Shown here one piece after another: positions 1-10,669 of a stretch of DNA of 64,000 nucleotides. The stretch is from a virus. The first letter of the stretch is position 1, and each line of letters opens with the position of its first letter. The notes under the pieces were generated by a model. The model was not told the origin of the DNA, ran no database searches, and saw only the letters and a list, made by a program, of their open reading frames with translations. The stretch lies in IMG/VR virus record IMGVR_UViG_3300045256_000567; one strand, given 5' to 3'. The position numbers and the translations under genes were made by a program.

Positions 1-282
1 GTTCATTCTAAACAAATTGAATTGAACACTAAATCAGCGGCGCTTTCTATAGAAATAAGAGCTAATATACAAAATGAAACTGGAAAAAAAGTTACGAATA
101 GCGAGGTAGAAAGCATCATTTCTATAAACGAAGAAATAATGGGAATGAATAGAAAAATAGAGATTTATAAATCTTATTTACATTACTTAGAAGGTTTATA
201 TAAAGTAATGGAAATACTACATTATTCCGTAAAATTTAGGCTAGATCAACTAAACACAAATCTAAGAAAGAATAGTTTTTGA
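1..282 (+). CDS. 5'-truncated helical protein, possibly UvsY-like recombination mediator
   Basis: The frame is open from base 1, so the ORF-track start at 22 is not the real start. The pattern KVTNSEVESIISINEEI...KIEIYKSYLHYLEG loosely resembles the UvsY C-terminus. Confidence 0.35.
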   Translation, partial: VHSKQIELNTKSAALSIEIRANIQNETGKKVTNSEVESIISINEEIMGMNRKIEIYKSYLHYLEGLYKVMEILHYSVKFRLDQLNTNLRKNSF

Positions 283-285
283 AAT

Positions 286-1101
286 ATGCGCGGAGAAATA
301 ATAAATCTATCTTATGGTGGCTTTGTTCAATTGGTAGATTATATGGGATCAGATGAAACAATTGCAAATTCTGCAAGAGTTTCTTATGGCGGTAAAAAGA
401 AAAGATCAGATGAAGATTTAATAAAATATTTACTTAGAAATGAACATATGTCTCCATTCGAAATGGTAGAATTTATGTTCATTATTAAAGTACCAATTTT
501 TGTTGCTAGGCAAATGTTTAGACATAGAACGGCATCATTTAACGAAATTAGCGGAAGATATACTCAATATGAAGAAGAATTTTTTGTACCCAATGAATAT
601 AGAATAGATTCTCAAACTAACAAACAAGAGTCAGAATTAATAGAAAATGAAAACTATTTAGAAGAAGTGAAAGTATTGGTAGACGATATAAACAAAAAGT
701 CTTTTGAAGTATATAACAAACTTCTACACGAAAAAAAATTAACAAAAGAGTTGTCTAGAACAGTGCTTCCTTTAGGAACATTTACTAAGTATTATTATAA
801 ACAGGATTTAAGAAATCTTATGAATTTTTTGAGGTTACGATTAGATAATCATGCACAGAAAGAAATAAGAGAAGTCGCCAATGCAATAGAGTATTTTGTC
901 AAAAATATAACACCAATCACATACAGCGCTTTCAAGAGCTATATTATGGAGTCTATGAGGATAAGCAGAGAAGACCTACACTGCTTACCCAAAGAGGAGA
1001 GGATAAAAATATTAGAGGCTTTTAAAAACATGATACAATATCAAACTTCAAAAACTCGAAAAAAAGAGCTAGAAAGAATGCTTGAGGTATTGTTTGCATA
1101 G
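286..1101 (+). CDS. thyX: flavin-dependent thymidylate synthase
   Basis: ThyX motif RHRTASFNEISGRY, plus HMSPFE and HAQKEIR. Confidence 0.96.
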   Translation: MRGEIINLSYGGFVQLVDYMGSDETIANSARVSYGGKKKRSDEDLIKYLLRNEHMSPFEMVEFMFIIKVPIFVARQMFRHRTASFNEISGRYTQYEEEFFVPNEYRIDSQTNKQESELIENENYLEEVKVLVDDINKKSFEVYNKLLHEKKLTKELSRTVLPLGTFTKYYYKQDLRNLMNFLRLRLDNHAQKEIREVANAIEYFVKNITPITYSAFKSYIMESMRISREDLHCLPKEERIKILEAFKNMIQYQTSKTRKKELERMLEVLFA

Positions 1102-1112
1102 GGAGGGGAAAC

Positions 1113-1298
1113 GTGAAAATGTATATCGTGATGAAAATTTATAGTATAGAAGACGCTATTGATGCAGGGCCATTTAAGTTAAAATGGGCAGAAGATGAAG
1201 AAGAATGTAAAATTCTGTTTGCTTTTAAATCCAAAGAAAAAGCTCTAGAAATGGCCGGAGATCCTTCCCTTGTATTAGAAATTGAAACTATAGAATAA
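1113..1298 (+). CDS. hypothetical protein
   Basis: RBS GGGAGG before GTG; operonic spacing. Confidence 0.6.
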   Translation: MKMYIVMKIYSIEDAIDAGPFKLKWAEDEEECKILFAFKSKEKALEMAGDPSLVLEIETIE

Positions 1299-1300
1299 AA

Positions 1301-1849
1301 GTGATTATGGAAAAAATTTTTTACACAAAAACAATTGAAACAGCTAAAGACCTTAAGCTTGATTATTCTAATAATGCAGGAATTGATTTATATCCAGATG
1401 TTAATAGCTGTCTAAAAAATTCTTCTGATTTTTATGAAAATTTTTCCAATTATTACGATTTTTACAGTAGCGAAGAGGGGACTTTAAAAGTTCTAATTAA
1501 AAAAGAGCCATCTGTAGTTATTGTAGACACACCATACGTATTTGCATTTCCAAAAAGCGTACACGGGATTGTACACGGACGTAGTGGAAATTTCTTTAAA
1601 AGTGGAATAAATGTGTTTAATGGAGTTATTGATTCCTCTTATAGAGGAAGTATAAAAATTGGACTGATTTTTAATAAAAAAGGTATATACAACATAGACA
1701 ATGAAAAAGCGGTAGCACAACTTGTACTTGTTGGAGTTTTAGGGGGTGGATTTAGCCTTGAGTACGTAGATAAAGATCAGTTCTATAGTGAGTTTTTTAA
1801 TACAGAGAGAAAAGATAAAGGGTTTGGATCTTCAGGGTACATCTCGTAA
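1301..1849 (+). CDS. dut: trimeric dUTPase
   Basis: Motifs AGIDL, GRSG, GVIDSSYRG, AQLV and RKDKGFGSSG. Confidence 0.93.
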   Translation: MIMEKIFYTKTIETAKDLKLDYSNNAGIDLYPDVNSCLKNSSDFYENFSNYYDFYSSEEGTLKVLIKKEPSVVIVDTPYVFAFPKSVHGIVHGRSGNFFKSGINVFNGVIDSSYRGSIKIGLIFNKKGIYNIDNEKAVAQLVLVGVLGGGFSLEYVDKDQFYSEFFNTERKDKGFGSSGYIS

Positions 1850-1853
1850 AATG

Positions 1854-1882
1854 TTGTAAATTTTGAGGTTTTGTGGTACAAT
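1854..1882 (+). promoter_or_regulatory. sigma-A-type promoter
   Basis: TTGTAA-17 nt-TACAAT with extended TG; GGAGG RBS follows at 1891. Confidence 0.6.
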
Positions 1883-1904
1883 ATCATATAGGAGGAAGTC
1901 TGTC

Positions 1905-2507
1905 ATGATTACTGACAAAAACACGGCAATTTTAGTTGGTAAGTTGGGAAAGGTAAATCATAAAAACTTTGAAGTTGTTATTGACGATAAAAGGTTTGTA
2001 GTTGAGTTTACTAAAGAGTTTAATTCGGAGAAGTTTGCTAATTTAGATGGAAAAGATTTGTATGTACTAGTTGTAGGTATGCTTTCTAATGGTATGTCTA
2101 GAGATTTTGTGTATCCTACACACGTAATGTTCTCTAAGACTCCTCAAAAGGAAAGGAGAATTGTCTCTCTAACCGGAACAGTTTTTGGTGTATATGAATA
2201 CGATAAGCGATATCGTGTAATGTTGGATTCAAAAAATGTAAAAGTTACTAGAACCTTTCTTACCGTTTTCAAAAATCGCGGTTACGATTTAAACAAAGAT
2301 TTGGTAGGTAAGAAAATTATGGTTGATGGAATTTTAGATGTATATGAAGGTAAGTTTTCTGTTATAGCAGATTTCCTTTATACAGATCTAAAAGATGAGG
2401 AACTAGTCGCTCAATATAAAGAAGTAGATAATAACAGCGTAAATAGTGAAGAAAATAATAAATTTACAGAATCTGTACCAGACCATGAAGAGGACTTTGT
2501 TTTGTGA
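1905..2507 (+). CDS. putative single-stranded DNA-binding protein with two OB-fold-like repeats
   Basis: Start moved to ATG 1905 after GGAGG. Repeats NTAILVGKLG/RIVSLTGTVF and VLVVGML/IMVDGIL; acidic tail ending EEDFVL. Confidence 0.55.
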   Translation: MITDKNTAILVGKLGKVNHKNFEVVIDDKRFVVEFTKEFNSEKFANLDGKDLYVLVVGMLSNGMSRDFVYPTHVMFSKTPQKERRIVSLTGTVFGVYEYDKRYRVMLDSKNVKVTRTFLTVFKNRGYDLNKDLVGKKIMVDGILDVYEGKFSVIADFLYTDLKDEELVAQYKEVDNNSVNSEENNKFTESVPDHEEDFVL

Positions 2508-2515
2508 GGTGAATC

Positions 2516-2731
2516 ATGAAGTATAAACTAAACGATGTAAGCGCAAAGGAACTAGAAGACTTTACCGTAAATCTAGAAGAAGAGTATAGACTTTTGTTGA
2601 TGTCTCTACAAAAAATTTCCAATGGAAAGAAAGTTGGACTTAGTGCTACTAGAAAACATTCTCTAGAACTACAGAATCTATTGAAGAATTTGAGAAAAGC
2701 GTTGAGAAATTTTGAATTTGAGCAGGTTTAA
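2516..2731 (+). CDS. small basic helical protein, Hc1/histone-H1-like family resemblance
   Basis: RBS GAGGTG; motif GKKVGLSATRKHSLELQNLLKNLRK. Confidence 0.4.
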   Translation: MKYKLNDVSAKELEDFTVNLEEEYRLLLMSLQKISNGKKVGLSATRKHSLELQNLLKNLRKALRNFEFEQV

Positions 2732-2752
2732 TCATTTTTAATTTTTCTAATA

Positions 2753-2789
2753 AAAGCCTAGCAAAAACTTATGCTAGGCTTTGTTTTTT
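2753..2789 (+). terminator. intrinsic terminator
   Basis: AAAGCCTAGCA/TGCTAGGCTTT stem followed by a T tract. Confidence 0.8.
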
Positions 2790-2816
2790 CAAAATGGCGG
2801 TATTTGTATTTAAAAT

Positions 2817-2845
2817 TGTATGTCTTCTGCAAATTTTGCTATAAT
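2817..2845 (+). promoter_or_regulatory. CTGCAAA-TGCTATAAT promoter motif copy heading the portal operon
   Basis: TGTATGTCTTCTGCAAATTTTGCTATAAT; degenerate member of the repeated motif. Confidence 0.65.
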
Positions 2846-2867
2846 ATAATAGAAAATTTATCGTAAA

Positions 2868-3518
2868 ATGGATAATAGAATTGAAATAAATTTTGACAAT
2901 TATAACACTTCCGTTTATCAAAACGTAAAAAACGGAAAAAATAATATTTTAAAAATACTTTTTCCAATATTAGTAGCTATATATGTTGCTTACGTTTATA
3001 TTTATAAATTTTTAAAATCTAGAGTTCCATTTGTAAAAGATGAACATTATGCAGTATTAAAAAATGAAGCCTTTAATAATTATTTAGCTGATAAAAATAA
3101 TTATTTTTCAACTACAAGATATAAAGATGTTTCCAACTCATTTAACTTAAAAAATGAAATTCCAGAAACTATAAGTGAATATTATGAAAACTCTACTACG
3201 AAAGAAGGTATAATAAATTTTATATTTTACGAAGCTTTTCTTCCTTCATGTCTTAATATTTATTATGATCCAGATATCTGTACTAGCTTAAAATACAAAT
3301 ATAATGTGTTTTTGTTTTATTATGGAAATAATTATGACAATAATACTTTGGTGTTTTCAAATTTAAGCTTGCCTTATACTTTAGGTATAAGTGTAGATTC
3401 TCAAAATAATGAAATTATAAAAAGAGTTGTTTATTCAGATTACTTTGTTAAAAGTATAAATAATCTTTTTTCTTCTCATCTTGTATTCTATAAATTAGAG
3501 TTTTTAACTATAACTTAA
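2868..3518 (+). CDS. hypothetical protein upstream of portal
   Basis: 216-aa ORF, first gene of the portal operon. Confidence 0.7.
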   Translation: MDNRIEINFDNYNTSVYQNVKNGKNNILKILFPILVAIYVAYVYIYKFLKSRVPFVKDEHYAVLKNEAFNNYLADKNNYFSTTRYKDVSNSFNLKNEIPETISEYYENSTTKEGIINFIFYEAFLPSCLNIYYDPDICTSLKYKYNVFLFYYGNNYDNNTLVFSNLSLPYTLGISVDSQNNEIIKRVVYSDYFVKSINNLFSSHLVFYKLEFLTIT

Positions 3519-3527
3519 AGGAGCGCT

Positions 3528-6515
3528 ATGCTAGAAGATGTTATCAAATCAATAATTAATGTAACTCCAGATAAGCAAAAAAAACCTGTATTATATTTAA
3601 ATTCTAGAGTAAATCAAGCGTTATCTTTGGGAAGAGGAAAAGATTATCCAGGTTTTAAACCTTTACTTACCTATAGAGCGTTGGCCTGGAACTCTACAAT
3701 AGTATATTCAATTATTATTTTTAGAAGAAACCAGGTATTGAAAAAAGAAAAAATTGTAGTTCCATATAATAATCAAGAACCTACATTCAGATTTTCTATA
3801 CTTGAATATTCTCCTGAATCTCTTTTATATTTACCTTCTATAGATGAAGCTGATGCTATCGCAATATTAAAGCTTTATAGAAAATATAAAAATTCTGATA
3901 TAAAAGAACCGTTCACAATTCAAAACTTTAAAAATAAATTAAATGAATCGGAAAAAACAATATTAAATCACATAGAAGAAAAACATATAGAATATTATTT
4001 AAATAGAATAAGAGACACAAAAAAAATAATAAACTTTTTAAACAAACCAGACCCATATTTTTCAGAAGTTAATAATTGGGAACATTTGCTTTCAATGGTG
4101 CTTGATGATATATTGACAATAGATAGAGGAACAATTCTTAAAGTTAGAGATGATCGTGGAAAATTAATTTCTTTAGTACCAGTTGACGGTACAACAATAA
4201 AACCTGTTGTAAATGAAAATAATGGAGTAGTTGAAAACTATGTTCAAGAAGTTGATGGAGCCATTGTTAATGAATATATTGATAAAAAAGATATTATTTT
4301 ATTTAGACAAAATATAACTCCAGATGTTTATATGTATGGATATTCAATAGCACCAATAGAAATACTTTATAAAGCTATACTTTCTGATATTTTTATTGAT
4401 AAAGGAAACTTAGATTATTATAGAAAAGGTGGGTCTATACCAGAAGGTGTAATTACTATAGAACCACCTTCTGTAAAAGATGGAGATGTATATCCACAAT
4501 TAAGCAGAGAACAGCTTGAATCAATACAAAGACAACTTCAAGCTATAATGATGGGTGATTATACGCAAGTTCCAATTTTATCTGGAGGAAAATTTACTTG
4601 GATTGATTTTAAAGGAAAAAGGAGAGATATGCAATTCAAAGAACTTGCTGAATATGTGTCAAGAAAGATATGCGCTGTTTATCAAGTTTCACCTCAAGAT
4701 GTAGGAATAACTTCTGATGTAAATAGAGCTACAGCAGAAGTAATGGCTTCGATGACTAAAGCTAAAGGATTAGAGCCATTATTAGCAAATATATCAAGAG
4801 GATTTGATTCTGTTATAGATGAATTTAGACCGCAAAGAGATATTAAATTATGGTTTAAAGAAGATGACCTTGAAAAAGAAAAAGAATGGTGGTCAAGTGT
4901 TCAAGGAATGTTAAATTCTGGTTTTAGAACAATTAATGAACTTAGAATGGAAAAAGGTTTAGATCCAGTACCTTGGGGTGATGCTCCATTTTCTGGATTA
5001 CGTAATTGGGAGCCGCCTAAACCAGAAGAAAATAAAGAATCTCCTGGTAGCGGTATTCCTGGGGGAGCGCTTGGGGGTATGCCTGGAATGGATATGGGTG
5101 GTATGCAAGGTATTTTAGGAGGTGCACCTAATGCTTCTTCAGGTCCAGGTGGTGGTGCTGGAGCATCGGGAGGTTTAGGTGGTTTAGAAAGCCTTTTAAA
5201 TACTCCAGATGTAGGACAAGATCAAGGTGCACAAGGCTTAGATGCATTGAAACAGATGCTTCAAAAGTCTTTTGATGTTAAAGATACAGTTGAATTAATA
5301 AATGACAACAACTATCTTAATGACGAAGAGTTACTTAAGAGAGTTTTAAAAACAATAGGATCTGAATCTATAGTAGAATTCATATCTAACGACTTAGAAA
5401 ATGATTTAGAAGTCACACCAGAAGAACTTATTCAACACAATTTTAATAGTAAGATTTCTAATGGAAAATTAGTTATAGGGGAAGGTGGGTTGTTAGAAGT
5501 ACATCTTTTAGCAAATAGTAATTTTGATTTTGATTATAAAAAAATATTAGAATTAATGTCATTACATTACGATTGCTCTTCTTTACCAAAAATTTCTATA
5601 GAAAGTAATGAAATAGATAAATTCTCAAAAATAAATTTACATATATGCACTCCAATGCAAGGAAATATTGTAACGCTTTTAGATAAGCTAAATAGAGATT
5701 TTTATAAAAAACCAGATGTACTATATATACATTCAGACCAAAAAATTTTTGAAGAAATTTTACCAGTAAAAGAAAAAAATAATTTAATTTTGTATTCTCT
5801 ACTACCAGAAGACTATAAAGAAAATAATTTCAATAAACTTGTCGAGATATATGGGTATGATGAATATGCGTTCCTGTTTTCACCCAATAAATATATAGAT
5901 TTAATTAAAGAAGAAATGTTCTCAAATGAAGAGTTAAAAAATAGGCTTTCATGTGTTTACGGCCCACTATCTCTGTTTGCTATCGCTAAAGCAACAAATA
6001 AATATGGGGAAAATTTTATAATGCATTTATTAAATTCAAAAAATAAACAAGTGAGCACTATAACTAAGTATGTATTACTAGTAAATTCATATGATTTTGA
6101 AAAAGAATATAATGAAGAAGATATAAAACTAGATTTATTAGAAAATGAAAATAACTTTAATTTAAATAAACTATACGCTAATATATATATTGAAAATTTA
6201 GAAGAAGCTATAGAGTACTTAATTAATTATCTACACTCTATCAACGAAGATTCAGATTATGAATTTTCTAGATTTTTAAATATTATAAATTATGTTATTT
6301 TTGAGCAAGGCAATCAAGAGATTGCAACTAGTTTTATTAGTAAATTAATGAATGTTGATCAGACTGTAGATTCACTAGATTTTTTTGAATTGGTAGAAAA
6401 ATGTATTAATAATATAAAAAATCCTATAACAAAGTCATTGGTAAGAAAACACATGTTGGGAGAGAAATTAGAAAAAGAAGAGTATAAATTGATAGAAGAT
6501 TATGTTACAATCTAA
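3528..6515 (+). CDS. portal protein with long C-terminal extension
   Basis: Portal-like motifs LVPVDGTTI, YGYSIAPIE, DMQFKE..EYVSRKICAVYQVSP and TINELRMEKGLDPVPWGD in the first ~490 aa, then a Gly-rich linker and ~420 extra aa. Confidence 0.9.
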   Translation: MLEDVIKSIINVTPDKQKKPVLYLNSRVNQALSLGRGKDYPGFKPLLTYRALAWNSTIVYSIIIFRRNQVLKKEKIVVPYNNQEPTFRFSILEYSPESLLYLPSIDEADAIAILKLYRKYKNSDIKEPFTIQNFKNKLNESEKTILNHIEEKHIEYYLNRIRDTKKIINFLNKPDPYFSEVNNWEHLLSMVLDDILTIDRGTILKVRDDRGKLISLVPVDGTTIKPVVNENNGVVENYVQEVDGAIVNEYIDKKDIILFRQNITPDVYMYGYSIAPIEILYKAILSDIFIDKGNLDYYRKGGSIPEGVITIEPPSVKDGDVYPQLSREQLESIQRQLQAIMMGDYTQVPILSGGKFTWIDFKGKRRDMQFKELAEYVSRKICAVYQVSPQDVGITSDVNRATAEVMASMTKAKGLEPLLANISRGFDSVIDEFRPQRDIKLWFKEDDLEKEKEWWSSVQGMLNSGFRTINELRMEKGLDPVPWGDAPFSGLRNWEPPKPEENKESPGSGIPGGALGGMPGMDMGGMQGILGGAPNASSGPGGGAGASGGLGGLESLLNTPDVGQDQGAQGLDALKQMLQKSFDVKDTVELINDNNYLNDEELLKRVLKTIGSESIVEFISNDLENDLEVTPEELIQHNFNSKISNGKLVIGEGGLLEVHLLANSNFDFDYKKILELMSLHYDCSSLPKISIESNEIDKFSKINLHICTPMQGNIVTLLDKLNRDFYKKPDVLYIHSDQKIFEEILPVKEKNNLILYSLLPEDYKENNFNKLVEIYGYDEYAFLFSPNKYIDLIKEEMFSNEELKNRLSCVYGPLSLFAIAKATNKYGENFIMHLLNSKNKQVSTITKYVLLVNSYDFEKEYNEEDIKLDLLENENNFNLNKLYANIYIENLEEAIEYLINYLHSINEDSDYEFSRFLNIINYVIFEQGNQEIATSFISKLMNVDQTVDSLDFFELVEKCINNIKNPITKSLVRKHMLGEKLEKEEYKLIEDYVTI

Positions 6516-8493
6516 ATTAGATAAAACATACCCAAATATAAAAGACATTTTCACGTCAAGTGAAACTTGGCTGGAGTTTTTAGTTGATGAAATATACAAA
6601 ATATCTAAAAACTTAATAAATTTTTTTGGGGAAAAATCTGATAACTCTAATATTTTTATCAATTTTGTAAACCATGTAAAAAATGAAAAAGATTTAGACA
6701 AATTTTACCTTATAAAACAATTAAATTTATATAAAAGTAAACTAATAGAGCTAACAAATAGTTTATTAATAGAAAATAAAGAAAGGGATACAGAATATTT
6801 TTACTTAAGCGAACAATTTTCCAGGTTGATTTTTTCTTTAAAATCATTTGGTTTGCTGGAAAATTTAATAGAATTAATGAATTTATCTTATAACTCAAAG
6901 AAGAATGATATAAATTTATTTGTTACAAAACAATACGTATCAGATATATTGTCTTCTGAAGCGGCAAAAATTCAATATCTATTAGAAAATTCATTGTTTT
7001 TTATTTTTACAAATAGAAGAGAAAAGAAAAATTTGAAAATTTTGCTAGAAAGCCCATATTTTTATAAAACGCTGGCTTTATTGTATACAAAACAAGATTT
7101 AAAATTTGAGTCCTTAACAAAAATTTCAAAAATATACCAAGTTGATTTATCGAATGAAAAAGATTTGGTGAAAATTTTTTTAGATACATCTAATTGGTCT
7201 AAAAGTGATGCACTTAATTTAGTTAATTTAGGATATAAAAGTTTTCCAACATTTTTAAAATTTTCTATAGAAGAGTTTGGTGATGAGAAAAAAATAAATG
7301 AATATTTAGAGATTTTTTATTTTTTAAGAGTTCCAGTAGACGAAAATTTTGAAATACTAACTGTATTTATTGAAAAAGAGGATGATAAAAAAATTTTAGT
7401 AGATCAAGAAAATATATTAATGAAAGATTCTTTTTTATCAAATAAAGATTTTTCTTCCTTTTACCCAATATATGAATCAAGCGTATTGGTAGATTTATAT
7501 AAAAATAATATCTTTGAAAAAATAACTTATCTATCCCACAATGCTGTAAATAGGAAATTGTTTGCTGAATATAGTTCGTCTAAAGAATTTGGAGTAAAAA
7601 ATGATCTTGGTATTTATTATTATCCAATTAGAGTTCTTTCTGGACTAGAAATAAATTATGAGTTATATTTGCTGCGGCAGAAAGAAAAAATAAATAAATT
7701 TAATTTAATTTTAGATACTAATGAATCCAAAGAAGAAGTTATTTTTGCTGATACTTATAAAGATTTTATAAAAGAAGACTCTTTTTTTAAAATTTTTTCA
7801 AATTTTTCTGATTTTTCAATAAAGTTTCATAACTCATATGGTGACAAAAAACGACAAAAACAACTAATAAAAGATCTTTTATTTGTTAATAAATTTGATA
7901 ACTTTGATATAAATAAATTGTATTCATTATTTTTAAGAATATATACACAAAAAAATTCTTTATATACAGACGTTTCTTATTATAGGATGATCTTTTCTGA
8001 TCTTATTAAAATATTGTTTGAAAATAGTTTTTTTATGTATACAAACACTGAAAACTTTTTAGAAAAAACAAATTATTTTATTTTGCACCAAGAAAATTTA
8101 AAAGATTTTTATTGGACTCACTCAATAACTTTAGTAGAAAGAAAAAACAGGAATGTTTTACCAATAATGATAGGAATATCATATTCAGATAATTTTGATA
8201 CTTTTTCTTCATACCCATTTTTAAACTTTCTTGATTATTCAAAATTTATAACTTCAAACATAAATAGATTTCAAAAAGATAAAACTTATAATTTATACCT
8301 ACCAAAATTATATACAATACTACTATCAAATGATAAAATATCAATAATAAATTATAATAAAATTCAAGATTTTTACACAGAAAAAGAGTATGAAGTAAAA
8401 ACTAGTTATACTGATTTTAATGATCCTATGAAAGTTGAACATGTAAATATTTCTTATATGCCCGTGATTCCGGCGCTAAATATTGTAAAATAG
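6502..8493 (+). CDS. hypothetical protein
   Basis: 663-aa ORF overlapping the portal stop codon. Confidence 0.75.
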   Translation: MLQSKLDKTYPNIKDIFTSSETWLEFLVDEIYKISKNLINFFGEKSDNSNIFINFVNHVKNEKDLDKFYLIKQLNLYKSKLIELTNSLLIENKERDTEYFYLSEQFSRLIFSLKSFGLLENLIELMNLSYNSKKNDINLFVTKQYVSDILSSEAAKIQYLLENSLFFIFTNRREKKNLKILLESPYFYKTLALLYTKQDLKFESLTKISKIYQVDLSNEKDLVKIFLDTSNWSKSDALNLVNLGYKSFPTFLKFSIEEFGDEKKINEYLEIFYFLRVPVDENFEILTVFIEKEDDKKILVDQENILMKDSFLSNKDFSSFYPIYESSVLVDLYKNNIFEKITYLSHNAVNRKLFAEYSSSKEFGVKNDLGIYYYPIRVLSGLEINYELYLLRQKEKINKFNLILDTNESKEEVIFADTYKDFIKEDSFFKIFSNFSDFSIKFHNSYGDKKRQKQLIKDLLFVNKFDNFDINKLYSLFLRIYTQKNSLYTDVSYYRMIFSDLIKILFENSFFMYTNTENFLEKTNYFILHQENLKDFYWTHSITLVERKNRNVLPIMIGISYSDNFDTFSSYPFLNFLDYSKFITSNINRFQKDKTYNLYLPKLYTILLSNDKISIINYNKIQDFYTEKEYEVKTSYTDFNDPMKVEHVNISYMPVIPALNIVK

Positions 8494-8499
8494 ATATAT

Positions 8500-10275
8500 A
8501 TGCTATTTGATTTTATAAAAGAAACGCTTTCTTTGTATGATAACGAAGCAGAGTATTTTCCAGTAAGGGTTACTTATATAAATGATCCTTTAGATGCAGA
8601 CCCTGGAAAATCAGATTTTTATGCTACAGGACATAGAGTAGACACGCCTAGGCAAGAAACTATTACTATTTATGTTCCTAGTAAAAATTTTGTTTTAAAT
8701 GTTGGAGACTATATTTTAGTAAAACATTTAGGAAATGGATTTTCTGTTTATATATCTCACCTTTATACAAAACAACTAACGAAAATAAATGCGGGAAATA
8801 AAGAGGAAGCAATTTCTCATGAAGAACTTTCTTTAGCAAGACCGATACTACCTCAACTTACATATAGATATTCGGTTGGAGAAGTTTATAATAATTCTGT
8901 TGTTTATTTATCTGCAATAGATTCATATAGAGCAAAAGAACCTAATTTTAAATATAAATTTTTTGTTGAATTTCCTTCTTTAGTTTTATATAAAAGATTT
9001 TATGACGTTTTTGATTATGATAATAAATTTGCCGATATAGTAGATGATAAAAACGAAGACTTAGAATCCAGAAAGAAAATTTTTTATTTTTCTCATAATC
9101 CAAAAGAAAAAGATTTTTTAATAAACCTTAATAAAGATAATTTATTTCCTTTTAGGCCAGATCCAGTTTTTGATTCTTTACATTCTAAGTCGGCGACTAA
9201 TGAAAAAAAACTTTTACTAGAAGAAGAAAATAAATTTGATTTAACTGCTATAGATGAATACAAAACCGATAAATATCCATTATTAGATTTTAGGCAAAAA
9301 ATAGGTGATGATAAATTTTTATTTACTGCTTATGACGAAATTATAAATAAAGATACACCTTACGAATCACTAAAGTTAAAAGAAGATATTTTTGATATTT
9401 TTTATGCACAAGAGTTTTATGAAGTAAAAATAGGAAGAAATAAATTTGGATTATATAAAATATCAAAAGAAGATACCTTTGTAACACTAAAAAGCGCTTA
9501 TGACCAGCAGTTTTCCGCACTAAAACAAAAAGATCTCGGACAAGTAAGAATTAGAAACCTAGATGGATCGTCTATATTATTAGAAAGCAACTCATCTTAT
9601 AAGCGATCTTTTATAGGTACAAATCCTTCATTGATTTTTGAACAGTTTTATAAAGATCAATATCAACATATACTTTTATTAAATGCAGAGAAAAACAATT
9701 TTTACTCATTGCAAACCAGTGGGGGAAGTCTAAGTGATTACTCCTTCCTTCTTTTACTTAAAGGAAATAAAGATTCTTCCTTAAATAGAACAAATTTTGA
9801 TTATTTCTCCTTAAACTCTTCACAAACTATAGCATACGGAGCAAAACAAAATGGAAATATAGGGTATGCTTCGCTATCTGTTGGTTCTAACTCAATTTTT
9901 AAATTAAGATTAGAATCTACCCGTAAAATTGAACTTACTTTAGATGCCAATACAAATGAACTTATTTTTATGAATTCTTTGTCTGGTCAACCAAATACAA
10001 TGTATTTTAAAGATAAACAATTTATGCTTACCAACAATGATAGAGATATAGATATACACATTGACGGGATGGTGTATATTGATAAAAATTTAATAGTTAA
10101 TAGTAATACAAATTTAAATGATACTTTAACTGTTCAAGGAATATCTACTTTCAACGGTCCCGCTACTTTTAACAGTTTAGTAACAATGGGTTCTGGATTT
10201 TCTGCTAGCGGAGCAGCTACTGTTAATGGAAAACAATTAGCTTGTTTTTCTGGTTCTAATGTTGTGCCTTGTTAA
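8500..10275 (+). CDS. baseplate spike / distal tail protein (gpV/gp5-like)
   Basis: N-terminal OB-like VRVTYINDP...LNVGDYILV; C-terminal beta-helix-type repeats (LTVQGISTFNGPATFNS). Confidence 0.6.
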   Translation: MLFDFIKETLSLYDNEAEYFPVRVTYINDPLDADPGKSDFYATGHRVDTPRQETITIYVPSKNFVLNVGDYILVKHLGNGFSVYISHLYTKQLTKINAGNKEEAISHEELSLARPILPQLTYRYSVGEVYNNSVVYLSAIDSYRAKEPNFKYKFFVEFPSLVLYKRFYDVFDYDNKFADIVDDKNEDLESRKKIFYFSHNPKEKDFLINLNKDNLFPFRPDPVFDSLHSKSATNEKKLLLEEENKFDLTAIDEYKTDKYPLLDFRQKIGDDKFLFTAYDEIINKDTPYESLKLKEDIFDIFYAQEFYEVKIGRNKFGLYKISKEDTFVTLKSAYDQQFSALKQKDLGQVRIRNLDGSSILLESNSSYKRSFIGTNPSLIFEQFYKDQYQHILLLNAEKNNFYSLQTSGGSLSDYSFLLLLKGNKDSSLNRTNFDYFSLNSSQTIAYGAKQNGNIGYASLSVGSNSIFKLRLESTRKIELTLDANTNELIFMNSLSGQPNTMYFKDKQFMLTNNDRDIDIHIDGMVYIDKNLIVNSNTNLNDTLTVQGISTFNGPATFNSLVTMGSGFSASGAATVNGKQLACFSGSNVVPC

Positions 10276-10540
10276 AAAAGTTTTTCATATTTAGAACAGA
10301 AACTACCATATCAATTAAACCTGATATAAAATTAATTATATCCTTTTGTTTTTCTTCAGGTAAATTTGTAAAATTTAATACCTCATCTAAAAGATCTAAA
10401 GCTTTTTGCTTCTTTTCCAAAGAAGTCATAGTTTTATTTTTAGCAATCTCTTCTACTGTTTTCACTACATTTATTACGGTTGGTAGATACTTTGTTACAT
10501 ATGAAATTAAAGCGATTAGTGTTGGTATATAGTTTAGCAT
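10256..10540 (-). CDS. putative holin-like small membrane protein
   Basis: Hydrophobic N-terminus, EKKQKALD motif typical of small phage holins, AGGAG RBS. Confidence 0.45.
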   Translation of the reverse strand: MLNYIPTLIALISYVTKYLPTVINVVKTVEEIAKNKTMTSLEKKQKALDLLDEVLNFTNLPEEKQKDIINFISGLIDMVVSVLNMKNFFNKAQH

Positions 10541-10633
10541 AATTATTTCTCCTATTTATATTTTAATATAAATTTTTTAAAAATTTTTTGTAGGTATATT
10601 TTAATTTTGAAGGACTCCATGTTCAAAAGTTTA

Positions 10634-10662
10634 TTGACATCGTGAGGGGTTTGCGTTAAAAT
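10634..10662 (+). promoter_or_regulatory. sigma-A-type promoter, leaderless
   Basis: TTGACA-17 nt-TAAAAT, 7 nt before GTG 10670. Confidence 0.75.
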
Positions 10663-10669
10663 ATTTTTT

